Part shown: one piece after another, positions 42,219-52,336 of the stretch | How the letters are laid out: every line of letters begins with the position of its first letter | Numbering within the stretch: the first letter of the stretch is position 1 | Assembly (NCBI GenBank): GCA_934754355.1 | Contig: CAKVID010000002.1 | Location: 36,404 to 100,403, forward strand | Direction: 5' to 3' | Length of the DNA: 64,000 nucleotides | DNA from: an uncultured Clostridia bacterium | Lineage (GTDB): Bacteria; Bacillota; Clostridia; Christensenellales; UBA1242 | Notes under the pieces: generated by a model | The model's database searches: none | What the model was told of the DNA's origin: nothing | Seen by the model: the letters and a program-made list of their open reading frames with translations, nothing else | Program-made: the position numbers and the translations under genes

Positions 42219-42416
42219 TTATTTAGACAACTTTCTTATTTCTGTTTGCAATTTATTAATTTTATTTAGATATTTCTCTTCTAAAATTATTTCTGTATTC
42301 CTTTTAACTAAGCGAACTAATCCTAAGAAAAGATTAACTATATCTTCATCAGATACAATTCCACTTGGTCTTTGAAATTTTAAAATTCTCTTTCTAAAAT
42401 AAAAAACTCTATTCAT
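42219..42416 (-). CDS. Possible small protein upstream of addB (65 aa), uncertain
   Basis: ORF only. Basic, with no motif. Could be spurious in an AT-rich divergent promoter region. Confidence 0.2.
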   Translation of the reverse strand: MNRVFYFRKRILKFQRPSGIVSDEDIVNLFLGLVRLVKRNTEIILEEKYLNKINKLQTEIRKLSK

Positions 42417-42503
42417 ACTAGTCCTCTTTAATATTTTTTATAATATCCAAGTATTCATATAAATAAACTTGATTTCATATATTAAATAAAAAAAGGAAAT
42501 ATT

Positions 42504-43463
42504 ATGACAGCAAATTTTCTACATTTAATTAGTTCTAAGCCTTGTAGTATGAGTGTTAATGGCAAATATTTGGGTACAATAGATAATTTAAACGATTTTG
42601 AATTTGATATGATATGCAATACAAATAGAGTTTTTCTAGATTATAATCCAATTAGCGAAAATAACGAGTATCTACCCTATACTGCCATGATAGAATGTTC
42701 TAATGGAATAAGTACTCAGAATAAAAATGTGAAAATTATCCCTTTTGCGAATAATCACACAGATATACTATTTGAACCATACAAATATTATTCTTGTAAT
42801 GGAAGTACACTTATATTTAGCAAAAATATCGGCAAATTCTATGTATCAATAACTAACGATAATAATAGCATTATAAATATATTTGGCAATGCCAGTTTAT
42901 TACTTAATAAATCTATTAAACAAATTACAAGTGCTAATGTAGATTTGAAGAAAGATATTTTAATAATAGAAGGTATTGTGAGTAATGATGAGTACTATAT
43001 ACTTTTATTTGATACAGCCAAAGTCGAGATTATTTTTGAAGATATAGTTCACTCAATTAGCACTAAAAATAATGAGATAGAAATACTCAAAAATTTGAAA
43101 GACATATCTCATCATTCATTAGTATGCAAAGTCGATTTTGAGAGTAAAACAAGCCAAAAATATTATGTTTATGAGAATAACATTTGTACCTATTCCACAA
43201 GTGAAGAACTAATTCCTATGGACTTTTTGCAATGTTTAAAAATTGGAGACGAAAGCAAAGCCAAAACTATGTTACATAATAATTTAGTAAATACTGATTT
43301 TACTTATTTCAAAAATTATTTTGGGGATTTTGATAGTATTTATCTTAATCGTCATGAATTCATCAAGAATAAACTAAATTACACACTAATTGGAACCAAA
43401 ACTAAAAATTACAACTTTATAATGGAAGATAATAAAATTATAGATATTGAAGATACTTTTTAA
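42504..43463 (+). CDS. Hypothetical protein (319 aa), first gene of a three-gene plus-strand operon
   Basis: Coding-like ORF with no recognisable motif. Followed closely by two Zn-peptidase genes. Confidence 0.5.
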   Translation: MTANFLHLISSKPCSMSVNGKYLGTIDNLNDFEFDMICNTNRVFLDYNPISENNEYLPYTAMIECSNGISTQNKNVKIIPFANNHTDILFEPYKYYSCNGSTLIFSKNIGKFYVSITNDNNSIINIFGNASLLLNKSIKQITSANVDLKKDILIIEGIVSNDEYYILLFDTAKVEIIFEDIVHSISTKNNEIEILKNLKDISHHSLVCKVDFESKTSQKYYVYENNICTYSTSEELIPMDFLQCLKIGDESKAKTMLHNNLVNTDFTYFKNYFGDFDSIYLNRHEFIKNKLNYTLIGTKTKNYNFIMEDNKIIDIEDTF

Positions 43464-43510
43464 AATTCAATTGCTATATATTAATTATTGATTTGCAAAA
43501 AATATGATTT

Positions 43511-44275
43511 ATGATATATAATAAATTTGTAGACTTGAATTTCTACAAATTTATTTTTAGGATATCAAAATTGGATAAATATCAGATACTGGCAATCGTA
43601 TTTGCCATAATCCTACTTCTTATAATCATTGTATTTACAAGTAGAACTAGAATAATTAAGACTTATAATAAGTACATGAAAATAGGAAACAAAGTAAATA
43701 TTACTGGCAAAGAACTGGCATTTTTGTCAAAGAGGAACTTAGAACTAGATAATTTGGAATTTGCATTAACAGATAGAAAACTTGGCGATGCGTATAGCCC
43801 AAAATATCATACATTAATATTAAGTGAAGAAGTGTGCAACACTGCATCTTTAGCATCGCTAACAATAGTTTCTCATGAATTAGGACATGCAGTTCAGCAT
43901 AAAAATGCTACTCCCCTATATGTACTAACACAATTAGTCAAGAGCCTAACCAATCTTACTAACAAATTAATTATCCCTACACTTGTTATTGGATTATTTT
44001 TGTATTTACTAAAAGTTCCTAATGAAAATGTGGGATACATTTTACTTATTATATCTCTATCGCTATTTCTACTGCACATATTAGAATTAATTATAATAAT
44101 TCCCCTCGAATATGATGCTAGTAGACGAGCGTTGAAATATTTGAAAGAATACAATTATGTTACACCTAGTGAATATCGCAAAGCAAAAAAATTACTTGGT
44201 GTTGCCGCTCAAACATACATTGCAGGTTTATTTGATGATTTATTATTACTAAATAAAAAAAGGAAGAAGAGATAA
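43511..44275 (+). CDS. Membrane zinc metallopeptidase, YugP/Zn_peptidase_2 family (paralog 1)
   Basis: HELGHAVQH (HExxH) plus TM segments and the conserved LPLEYDASRRAL element. Stop overlaps the next start (TAATG). Confidence 0.75.
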   Translation: MIYNKFVDLNFYKFIFRISKLDKYQILAIVFAIILLLIIIVFTSRTRIIKTYNKYMKIGNKVNITGKELAFLSKRNLELDNLEFALTDRKLGDAYSPKYHTLILSEEVCNTASLASLTIVSHELGHAVQHKNATPLYVLTQLVKSLTNLTNKLIIPTLVIGLFLYLLKVPNENVGYILLIISLSLFLLHILELIIIIPLEYDASRRALKYLKEYNYVTPSEYRKAKKLLGVAAQTYIAGLFDDLLLLNKKRKKR

Positions 44276-44976
44276 TGTACTACGATTATTATATACTTGG
44301 CATAATTTTACTCCCCGGTATAATACTAGGAATATATGCTCAAATCAAAGTATCCACTACTTTCCAGAAGTATAGCACTGCCTATGCAGAAAGTGGAAAA
44401 ACAGCAGCAGAAATTGCAAGAATGTTTCTTGACTTTGCTGGATTACAAGATATAAATATTATCAAAGTTCGAGGAGAACTAACCGACTACTATAACCATA
44501 GAAAGAAAATTCTAGCACTTAGTGAGAGTGTATACGATAGTAGTTCAATTGCAGCCTTAGGTGTTGCTTGTCACGAAGTTGGACATGCACTACAATACAA
44601 AACAAAATATGCTCCAATCAAAATTAGAAATGTTATTATTCCTATTTGTAATATCGCTAGTAATACGCTATGGATTTTTGTAATTCTTGGGGCAATATTC
44701 TTCTACTCCCCTGTTGGAATTATATTCTGGTGGATAGGTATTGGAATATTTGGGTTGTCCGTTCTAGTTAATTTGATTACTTTACCAGTTGAATATAATG
44801 CTAGTAATAGAGCCTTACAATTATTAGAACAAAGTTCAATTCTTACACAAGAAGAAACAAAATATGCCAAAGAAGTACTTTATGCTGCTGGACTTACTTA
44901 TGTGGCTAGTTTAGTTATATCAATTCTTAATTTGCTTAGGTTTGTTCTTGCAGTTAATAGAAATAATAGAAAATAA
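44275..44976 (+). CDS. Membrane zinc metallopeptidase, YugP/Zn_peptidase_2 family (paralog 2)
   Basis: MYYDYYILGIILLPGIILGIYAQIKVSTTFQKYS...HEVGHALQY...LPVEYNASNRAL. Canonical family layout. Confidence 0.8.
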   Translation: MYYDYYILGIILLPGIILGIYAQIKVSTTFQKYSTAYAESGKTAAEIARMFLDFAGLQDINIIKVRGELTDYYNHRKKILALSESVYDSSSIAALGVACHEVGHALQYKTKYAPIKIRNVIIPICNIASNTLWIFVILGAIFFYSPVGIIFWWIGIGIFGLSVLVNLITLPVEYNASNRALQLLEQSSILTQEETKYAKEVLYAAGLTYVASLVISILNLLRFVLAVNRNNRK

Positions 44977-45023
44977 AAAAAACAAGTTAGTTATAGATTT
45001 AATTTCTATAACTAACTTTTTTC
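44975..45023. terminator. Bidirectional terminator between Zn-peptidase operon and DUF1540 gene
   Basis: 12-bp stem AGTTAGTTATAG / CTATAACTAACT with 9-nt loop, A-run before and T6 after. Confidence 0.55.
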
Positions 45024-45041
45024 TTTACTTCAATTAATTTT

Positions 45042-45362
45042 TTATGGTTCTATATTTGTAATACAAACGCCCGACTTATTGCCGTTCATAACACTAATAC
45101 CATTGGCTTTGCATATACCCTCTTTATTAAATAAGCACTCTGCACTACATTCAATGCTCATATTTTTATTATGCCTAAATGGGTGTATATCTGGTGCTAC
45201 TTCAAACATATCCTTACTTATATCTTGCCTTTGACATTCTTTCTTCTCTGAACAAGGCTCGAAAGTTCCGCATTCACAAGATTTTTTAATTTTAATTCCT
45301 TTACTCATGCAAGCACAACAATCGTTGAATTTGCAATCCATCTTTTTACACTTCAAATCCAT
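45042..45362 (-). CDS. Cysteine-rich small protein (DUF1540-like, two repeats)
   Basis: 106 aa with 16 Cys in repeated C-x-x-x-x-C / C-x-C patterns (KCKKMDCKFNDCCACM...; IECSAECLFNKEGICKANG). Confidence 0.5.
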   Translation of the reverse strand: MDLKCKKMDCKFNDCCACMSKGIKIKKSCECGTFEPCSEKKECQRQDISKDMFEVAPDIHPFRHNKNMSIECSAECLFNKEGICKANGISVMNGNKSGVCITNIEP

Positions 45363-45523
45363 AGTTTTCCTCCCAAAAAATTAAAGTTGAAATATATTCT
45401 TCTTTTATTTTAGACAATTAAAATAGTAATATTCAAAATAGACAATAACTAATAGAAAATAATTGACAAAACTTAACTATTGAAATAAACTAAAATTAGA
45501 TAATAAAGTATAAGGAGTAGCAT

Positions 45524-45961
45524 ATGAAAGTAGTTTTACTTAAAGATTTGAAAGGCAAAGGTAAGAAAGGCGATGTAATAAATATATCTGATGGATATGC
45601 ACTTAATTTTTTGATACCTCAAGGTATTGCAAAAGCAGGAACTTCATCAAACTTAAATGAAGCAAATCAAGCGAAAGAAGCGAAAGTTTATCACGATGAA
45701 CAGAATAGACTAAAGGCAGTTGACCAGAAAAAAATTATAGAAGAGACCAGTTTGACAATTCAAGTTAAATGTGGTGCTAACGGCAAAGTTTTCGGTTCAG
45801 TAACCAATAAAGAAATTGCGGAAGAATTAGAAAAACTAAATATAATTTTAGATAAGAAAAAGATAGAAACAGAGCCAATCAAAAGCACTGGAACATACAC
45901 TATCAAAGTTAGACTACACCCTACTGTAGTTGCTAATTTAGTTGTAAATATTATTGCTTAA
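45524..45961 (+). CDS. rplI: 50S ribosomal protein L9
   Basis: [40 protein letters not shown]. Confidence 0.9.
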   Translation: MKVVLLKDLKGKGKKGDVINISDGYALNFLIPQGIAKAGTSSNLNEANQAKEAKVYHDEQNRLKAVDQKKIIEETSLTIQVKCGANGKVFGSVTNKEIAEELEKLNIILDKKKIETEPIKSTGTYTIKVRLHPTVVANLVVNIIA

Positions 45962-45971
45962 TTAAAAAAAA

Positions 45972-46005
45972 AGACTTTAATTACATTTCAATTAAAGTCT
46001 TTTTT
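45972..46005. terminator. Bidirectional terminator between rplI and yitT-like gene
   Basis: 11-bp stem AGACTTTAATT / AATTAAAGTCT, loop ACATTTC, A-run before and T-run after. Confidence 0.5.
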
Positions 46006-46006
46006 A

Positions 46007-47068
46007 TTACTTTTTATTTTTTCTTTTGGTTTCTTTTGATTTCACATTAGTAATTTTATCATTGTCAGTTTTATCAGTTTCTTGAAGATTTTTATCGTTA
46101 CTATTATCTTCAATTACATTTTCTTTGGTTTTATCTCTATTTGATATTTCGTTATTTAATTGCTCAGTGTTTGTCCAAACCCCTACAACTTCAGAAACTT
46201 TAGTAGAATACACAAATGCGTGTTGGTCTTCTTCTCTAACAATTTTATTAAGCATACCCGCTTGAAATTTAGAAATAAGACAAATAAGATAATCTTTTTG
46301 AGCATGAGAATGCATACCTTCCGCTTTGGTTAAAGTGCAACCTCTATATAGTTCATTCATAATTCTATCGGCAATCTTGCTACCATTATCTGTAATTATA
46401 TGATATGCCCTAACTTGTTTGTATCCATCATTTATAAAGTCGGTACAAAGAGAACTAATAACCAATGCGATTATTGTATATGGCATTACCTCTATACCAT
46501 TATTAAATACAAATAAAGATAATACCAAAACTATAATATCTATAATAATTACTACAGAGCCTATTGATGCTTTGGGTTTCTTGCTTCTGATAATGCAAGC
46601 AACCATATCTCCACCACCAGTAGAACCACCAAATCTAACAACAATACCAATACCTACACCCATCAAAATTCCACCATACAATGCAGATATTAATGGTTCA
46701 AAAGTAATTGATAATTGAATTAAACCGCAAATTTCCATAGAAATAGAGAAAAATACGATACCAGCCAATGCTTTAAAAGCAAATTTCTTACCAAGTGCCT
46801 TGAATGCATACAGAAACAAACCAATATTAAGCAAAAAATAAATGATTGAAGTATTCAAAAAGTGAATACCTATAAGATTTAACAAAGCACTAATAATCAT
46901 TGATAATCCCGAAAAGCCACCGGTTGATATATTATTAGGCTCTAGAAATATAGAAAAAGCAAAACCCATAAGTATAGTGCCAATTAATATCATTGCATAA
47001 TCAAATACAAGTTGCCATTTCTTTTTAACTTTAATATACATACTTTTCTCCTTTGTAAAACGAGGCAA
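46007..47068 (-). CDS. YitT-family membrane protein (DUF161 + DUF2179) with K/D/N-rich C-terminal tail
   Basis: Multi-TM N-terminal domain (GFSGLSMIISALL...), then DUF2179-like region (YHIITDNGSKIADRIMNELYRGCTLTKAEGMHS). Confidence 0.7.
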   Translation of the reverse strand: MPRFTKEKSMYIKVKKKWQLVFDYAMILIGTILMGFAFSIFLEPNNISTGGFSGLSMIISALLNLIGIHFLNTSIIYFLLNIGLFLYAFKALGKKFAFKALAGIVFFSISMEICGLIQLSITFEPLISALYGGILMGVGIGIVVRFGGSTGGGDMVACIIRSKKPKASIGSVVIIIDIIVLVLSLFVFNNGIEVMPYTIIALVISSLCTDFINDGYKQVRAYHIITDNGSKIADRIMNELYRGCTLTKAEGMHSHAQKDYLICLISKFQAGMLNKIVREEDQHAFVYSTKVSEVVGVWTNTEQLNNEISNRDKTKENVIEDNSNDKNLQETDKTDNDKITNVKSKETKRKNKK

Positions 47069-47106
47069 AAAAACAACCTAAATTCATTATTTAAGTTGTT
47101 TTTTTA
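47068..47106 (-). terminator. Terminator after rplL
   Basis: AACAACCTAAA...TTTAAGTTGTT hairpin (one mismatch), followed on the minus strand by a U-run. Confidence 0.45.
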
Positions 47107-47120
47107 TTACTAATAGATAA

Positions 47121-47495
47121 TTATTTAAGCTCTACTGTAGCGCCAGCTTCTTTAAGTTTAGCTTCAAGTTCTTTAGCTTCTTCAGCAGGAACATTTTGTT
47201 TGATTTCCTTTGGAGCACCATCAACTAATGCTTTTGCTTCACCTAGTCCAAGACCAGTGATTTCTTTAACGATTTTGATAACAGCAATTTTGTTTGCGCC
47301 AGCTTCTTTAAGAACAATATTGAATTCGCTCTTTTCTTCTGCAGCAGGAGCAGCAGCACCAGCAGCAGCACCCATCATAGCAACAGGAGCAGCAGCACTA
47401 ACACCAAATTCCTCTTCTAACATTTTTACTAATTCACTTACTTCCATTACAGAAAGTTTTTTGATTTCTTCTACGAATGATTTTAAATCAGCCAT
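47121..47495 (-). CDS. rplL: 50S ribosomal protein L7/L12
   Basis: Ala-rich hinge [21 protein letters not shown] plus C-terminal domain. Confidence 0.95.
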   Translation of the reverse strand: MADLKSFVEEIKKLSVMEVSELVKMLEEEFGVSAAAPVAMMGAAAGAAAPAAEEKSEFNIVLKEAGANKIAVIKIVKEITGLGLGEAKALVDGAPKEIKQNVPAEEAKELEAKLKEAGATVELK

Positions 47496-47540
47496 TTTAA
47501 TTTCTCCTTAAATTTTTTTAATTTTTTATTTTAATTTTTT

Positions 47541-48044
47541 TTAGTTTTGCTTCTCAGCAATTGCGTTTAATGCTCTAGCCATAGCAGCGATTGGAGCATT
47601 AAGAGTACCAAGCAACATAGCGATAAGAATATCTTTAGAAGGTAACTTAGACAATTCTTCAACTTGTTCCTTAGTTTTGATTTGACCATCAATTACACCA
47701 AATTTAACAGCCATTTTGTTTAAATCTTTTGAATGTTTGCAGAAAATTCTAGCAGGAGCAACTTCATCTGTGCTATAAGCAACAGCAGTAGTTCCTTCAA
47801 ACATTTTAGCATCATATCCAGTAATACCCATTTCTTCCAAAGCACGAGTAAGAAGTCTATTTTTAAGAACTCTATAAGAAACGCCGTTCTCTCTAAACTC
47901 TTTTCTAAGTGCAGTATCTTCAGAAACAGTAATTCCACGATAATCAACAAAGATTATTGATTTTGCATCGCTCATACTAGCCTTGATGTCTTCTACTAAT
48001 TGTTTCTTTATTTCTAAATTAGCGCTCAAAATATTATCCTCCAT
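47541..48044 (-). CDS. rplJ: 50S ribosomal protein L10
   Basis: 167 aa with the L10 N-terminal domain pattern (FVDYRGITVSEDTALR). Confidence 0.9.
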   Translation of the reverse strand: MEDNILSANLEIKKQLVEDIKASMSDAKSIIFVDYRGITVSEDTALRKEFRENGVSYRVLKNRLLTRALEEMGITGYDAKMFEGTTAVAYSTDEVAPARIFCKHSKDLNKMAVKFGVIDGQIKTKEQVEELSKLPSKDILIAMLLGTLNAPIAAMARALNAIAEKQN

Positions 48045-48250
48045 TAGTTATTAAAAATAAAAACATCTCATGCCTAACAAAGACACAAGATGTATACAAT
48101 CTTATTTATCTTTCCTCGGCAAGTGCTAAAAAATTAACTTTACGACATACTGTCACTTGCTGTCTTAGGCAAACTAATATTCATATTTTCGTTAAATATT
48201 ATATACTAACAAATATATATTGTCAATAATTTTATGCAAAATTTATTAAA
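48045..48250 (-). promoter_or_regulatory. Putative L10 (rplJL) leader / promoter region
   Basis: 206-nt noncoding region directly upstream of rplJ, where Firmicutes carry the L10-L12 autoregulatory leader. Assigned by position only; structure not verified. Confidence 0.3.
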
Positions 48251-49825
48251 TTAATTATCCATATCTACAAATTCATCATATGTAATAACTTTATCAAATA
48301 CTTTCTTATCTGTAATCTTGATAATTCTATTACATACTGTTTGCATTAATTCTTGGTCGTGAGATGTAAGTAATAAATTACCTTTGTAATTAATTAGTCC
48401 TTTGTTCAAAGCAGTAATACTTTCCAAATCTAGATGGTTAGTTGGTTCATCAAATATAAGTAGATTACCTGAAGTCAACATCATTTTGGCAAGCATACAT
48501 CTAACTTTCTCTCCACCACTTATTACTCTTGCTTTCTTAAGTCCCTCTTCGCCAGAGAATAGCATTCTACCTAACCAAGAACGCAAATAAGTTTGTTCTT
48601 GTTCTTTGGAAAATTGTCCTAACCACTCTACCAAAGACAAGTCGCAATTCTCAAAATAAGAATTGAAATTCTGTGGCAAGTAAGAGAAAGTGATGGTTTT
48701 GCCCCATTTAACTGTACCTGTGTAATCTTTGTCTATTCCAGCAATTATATTAAATAAGGTACTAATTGTAGTTGATTTATCACTAACTACGCCTATTTTA
48801 TCATTCTTATTTACAACAAAACTGACATTCTCAAATACACCAGGTTTAGTTAAATTTTCTACTATCAAAATATCATTTCCAGCCTCTCTCTCCATTTCAA
48901 AATTAATATATGGATACTTTCTTGTGCTAGGTTTGATATCGTTAATAGTCAATTTTTCTAATTCTTTCTTTCGACTAGTTGCTTGTCTACTCTTACTTGC
49001 GTTAGCCGAGAATCTAGCAATAAATTCTTGAAGTTCTTTGGCCCTAGCCTCCATTTTCTTATTGGTTTCTTTTTGTTGACGAAGTAGCAATTGGCTAGTC
49101 TCGTACCAGAAATCATAGTTACCTAGATAAATATTAATTTTGCCATAATCCACATCACAAATATGTGTACATACATTATTCAAGAAGTGTCTATTGTGAG
49201 AAACTATTATAAGGATATTCTCGAAGTTAATAAGGAATTCTTCCAACCATCTTACCGATTTGATATCCAAGTTATTGGTTGGCTCATCTAGAATTAAAAT
49301 ATCTGGATTACCAAATAATGCTTGAGCAAGAAGAACTTTAACTTTAATAGGAGCATCAAGAGTACCCATCATACTATAATGCAAAGATGTATCTACCCCT
49401 AAACCATTAAGAAGTATTCCTGCATCGCTTTCGGCTTCCCAACCACCAAGTTCGGCAAATTCTGCTTCTAATTCAGCTGCTTTCATTCCGTCATCTTCAC
49501 TAAAATCTGGTTTGGCATACAATTCATCTTTCTCTTTCATTATCTCTACTAATCTTTTGTGACCATGAAGAACTGTATCTATAACAGTATAATCGTTAAA
49601 TGCTTCTTGGTTCTGATTTAGTACAGACATTCTCTCGCCCGGAGATACTACAACTTCTCCCTTTTGAGGTTGTAATTCGCCCGATAAAACTTTCAAAAAA
49701 GTAGATTTGCCAGCACCATTAGCACCTATTATTCCATAGCAATTTCCTTTAGTAAATTTCAAATTTACTTCATCAAATAATTTATGACTTCCAAATTGCA
49801 CACAAACATTATTTACGTGTATCAT
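48251..49825 (-). CDS. ABC-F family ATPase (tandem ABC domains, no TMD) with degenerate second nucleotide-binding site
   Basis: NBD1 Walker A GANGAGKST is intact, and NBD2 signature ISGGEK, Walker B FDEPT and H-loop SHD are intact. NBD2 Walker A is GVVSDKSTT (P-loop deletion), and NBD1 signature is MMGTLD instead of LSGG. Confidence 0.85.
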   Translation of the reverse strand: MIHVNNVCVQFGSHKLFDEVNLKFTKGNCYGIIGANGAGKSTFLKVLSGELQPQKGEVVVSPGERMSVLNQNQEAFNDYTVIDTVLHGHKRLVEIMKEKDELYAKPDFSEDDGMKAAELEAEFAELGGWEAESDAGILLNGLGVDTSLHYSMMGTLDAPIKVKVLLAQALFGNPDILILDEPTNNLDIKSVRWLEEFLINFENILIIVSHNRHFLNNVCTHICDVDYGKINIYLGNYDFWYETSQLLLRQQKETNKKMEARAKELQEFIARFSANASKSRQATSRKKELEKLTINDIKPSTRKYPYINFEMEREAGNDILIVENLTKPGVFENVSFVVNKNDKIGVVSDKSTTISTLFNIIAGIDKDYTGTVKWGKTITFSYLPQNFNSYFENCDLSLVEWLGQFSKEQEQTYLRSWLGRMLFSGEEGLKKARVISGGEKVRCMLAKMMLTSGNLLIFDEPTNHLDLESITALNKGLINYKGNLLLTSHDQELMQTVCNRIIKITDKKVFDKVITYDEFVDMDN

Positions 49826-49991
49826 AATTTTCCCTTATTTTCGTAATTTTACTAAGATAGTGTAACTTATTTTTTGTCAATTGTCAATCTAAAAGTAGAA
49901 GACATAATATATTAATTAAATATTAACAATATTAACTAAAAATTTACAAAAAAAATAACGACTATAATAAATATAATCGTTATTTATATAA

Positions 49992-50672
49992 TTAATATTG
50001 AACTTTAATTCCAGGTCCCATTGTTGATGATACTGAAACAGATTTAACATATGTACCTTTTGCTGCTGCTGGTTTTGCTTTGATAATAGCGTCCATAACA
50101 ACCTTCAAGTTCTCAGCAAGTTTGTCTGCGCCGAAAGAAACTTTACCAATCATAACATGGATAATGTTATTCTTGTCTAGTCTATATTCAACTTTACCTG
50201 CTTTGATTTCTGAAATAGCCTTTGCTAAATCAGTTGTAACTGTACCGCTCTTAGGATTTGGCATTAAACCTTTTGGTCCTAAAACTTTAGCAATTCTACC
50301 AATAACTGGCATCATATCAGGAGTAGTTACGCACACATCAAATCCAAACCAATTTTGAGTTTGAATTTTGGTAACCATATCCTCAGCGCCAACGAAGTCA
50401 GCACCTGCTTTAGTTGCAATATCTGCATTGTCACCTTTAGCAAAAACTAAGATTTTCTTAGATTTACCAGTACCATGTGGCAATACAACAACGCCTCTTA
50501 CTTGTTGGTCAGCGTTTCTACCATCTACACCTAATTTTACATGCAATTCAACTGTTTCGTCAAATTTAGCACTTGCAGTCTTAACTGCTAGGTCTAGAGC
50601 ATCTGCTACTGAATAAAGAGTAGCTCTGTCTACTAATTTAGCAGACTCTGTGTATCTTTTACCTTTCTTCAT
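49992..50672 (-). CDS. rplA: 50S ribosomal protein L1
   Basis: [28 protein letters not shown]. Confidence 0.95.
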   Translation of the reverse strand: MKKGKRYTESAKLVDRATLYSVADALDLAVKTASAKFDETVELHVKLGVDGRNADQQVRGVVVLPHGTGKSKKILVFAKGDNADIATKAGADFVGAEDMVTKIQTQNWFGFDVCVTTPDMMPVIGRIAKVLGPKGLMPNPKSGTVTTDLAKAISEIKAGKVEYRLDKNNIIHVMIGKVSFGADKLAENLKVVMDAIIKAKPAAAKGTYVKSVSVSSTMGPGIKVQY

Positions 50673-50728
50673 ATTTTCTCTCCTTGTGGTTTTAGTGAAT
50701 AAATTGAAATATATTTTTATTCTCCCAC

Positions 50729-51157
50729 TTAATCAATAACCGTAACACCCATGCTTCTGCAAGTGCCTTCAATCATGCTCATTGCTGTCTCAAGACTTGC
50801 TGCATTAAGGTCTGGCATTTTCTCTTCTGCGATTGCTTTAACTTGTGCTTTAGTAATCTTTGCTACTTTATTCTTAATTGAGTTTGCAGAACCACTCTCG
50901 ATTCCACAGGCTTTCTTAATAAGAACAGCGGCTGGTGGAGTCTTTAGCACAAATGTAAATGATCTATCAGAGTAAATTGTAACAACAACTGGAATTACAA
51001 ATCCAACTTTGTCCTTAGTCTTGTCGTTAAAGTCTTTAACGAAAGAAGGAAGTTGAATTCCATAAGGTCCAAGAACGCTTCCTACTGGAGGTGCTGCTGT
51101 AGCCTTTCCTGCTTGTAATTGCAATTTAACAACTGCGGTAACTTTTTTCTCTGCCAT
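50729..51157 (-). CDS. rplK: 50S ribosomal protein L11
   Basis: [35 protein letters not shown]. Confidence 0.95.
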   Translation of the reverse strand: MAEKKVTAVVKLQLQAGKATAAPPVGSVLGPYGIQLPSFVKDFNDKTKDKVGFVIPVVVTIYSDRSFTFVLKTPPAAVLIKKACGIESGSANSIKNKVAKITKAQVKAIAEEKMPDLNAASLETAMSMIEGTCRSMGVTVID

Positions 51158-51269
51158 TTTTTCCTCCTGCCAATTTAATTTTTGGCAAATGTGGTATAAG
51201 TGAAATGCAGTGCAAATTATTTACATTTCTCCCACTATATTTTAAATGGTATAACCATATAAAATCAAA

Positions 51270-51959
51270 TTATATTTTTCTTACTTGTTCCAAATTTAAG
51301 TCTACTGGTGTATCTCTGCCAAACATTTCGACCATAACTTTGCATTTAGCATTTTCTGCATCTACAGAAATAACTGTACCTACAAAGCCATTCAATGCTC
51401 CTTCCAAAACTTCTACCTTATCATTCTCGACAATACTTGTATCAACTACTGTGTTCTTCTCAAGTCTCATCTTATGTATTTCTTCTTCAGTCATAGGAAG
51501 TGGTCTACCTTTAGGGCCTGCAAAACCAGTAATTCCCCTAGTTCTAGTAACTGCGTGCCAAATATCGTCACCATAAATCATTTTGACCATTATGTAACCT
51601 GGCATCAATTTTCTAGAAACTATTTTCTGCTTACCATTTTTCTCTTCAACTACATCTTCCATAGGAATAACAATATCAAATATACGATTTTGCAAATTGT
51701 ATTTATCAATAACTATTTCCAAATTCTCTTTTGATACATTTTCGTAGCCAGAGAATGTATGCAAAACATACCATTTTGCATTTTCCATATTGCTTTCAAT
51801 AGTCTTTTCGGTAGTATCATCAATCAAGTTACCACTAGCAGAAGTAACTTCTTGAGCATCTATGGCTTCATTACTAACTCCCGCCTCTGTAACTGACGAA
51901 AGTTCTGCTTGTGTATCACCATTCAACTCTTCTTTTTCAATAATTTCTTCGTTTTCCAC
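51270..51959 (-). CDS. nusG: Transcription termination/antitermination factor NusG with about 60-aa acidic N-terminal extension
   Basis: NGN domain KWYVLHTFSGYENVSKENLE, and KOW VEVLEGALNGFVGTVISVD. Confidence 0.9.
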   Translation of the reverse strand: MENEEIIEKEELNGDTQAELSSVTEAGVSNEAIDAQEVTSASGNLIDDTTEKTIESNMENAKWYVLHTFSGYENVSKENLEIVIDKYNLQNRIFDIVIPMEDVVEEKNGKQKIVSRKLMPGYIMVKMIYGDDIWHAVTRTRGITGFAGPKGRPLPMTEEEIHKMRLEKNTVVDTSIVENDKVEVLEGALNGFVGTVISVDAENAKCKVMVEMFGRDTPVDLNLEQVRKI

Positions 51960-51983
51960 GAGAATACTCCTTATACTTAGTTA

Positions 51984-52310
51984 TTAAGGCATCAATAGTT
52001 TATTAACTAAACTAAATAATCTATCTACGCCAAAAAGTAAAAGTGTACATACTGCAACAACAGCAATAACTACACAAGTATTTTTGCAAACTTGACCAAA
52101 AGAAGGTTTAGATACTTTCTTTAGTTCACTCCAAACTTCAGATGCTTTCTTCTTAACTGATTTTTTATCAGACTTTGCTTTCTTACTTTGTTTGGTTTTT
52201 TGTTTGGAATTATCTACTTTAGCATTCTTCTTATCTTTCTTATCTACATCTGGAGTAATGATCTCTACATCAGACTCTGCAGGCTGTACATTCTTTTTCG
52301 CCATATTCAA
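51984..52310 (-). CDS. secE: Preprotein translocase subunit SecE with K-rich N-terminal extension
   Basis: C-terminal TM core SKPSFGQVCKNTCVVIAVVAVCTLLLFGVDRLFSLV. N-terminal 45 aa are Lys-rich. Confidence 0.8.
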   Translation of the reverse strand: MNMAKKNVQPAESDVEIITPDVDKKDKKNAKVDNSKQKTKQSKKAKSDKKSVKKKASEVWSELKKVSKPSFGQVCKNTCVVIAVVAVCTLLLFGVDRLFSLVNKLLMP

Positions 52311-52336
52311 ACTTCCCTTAAATACTTAATTTATAC

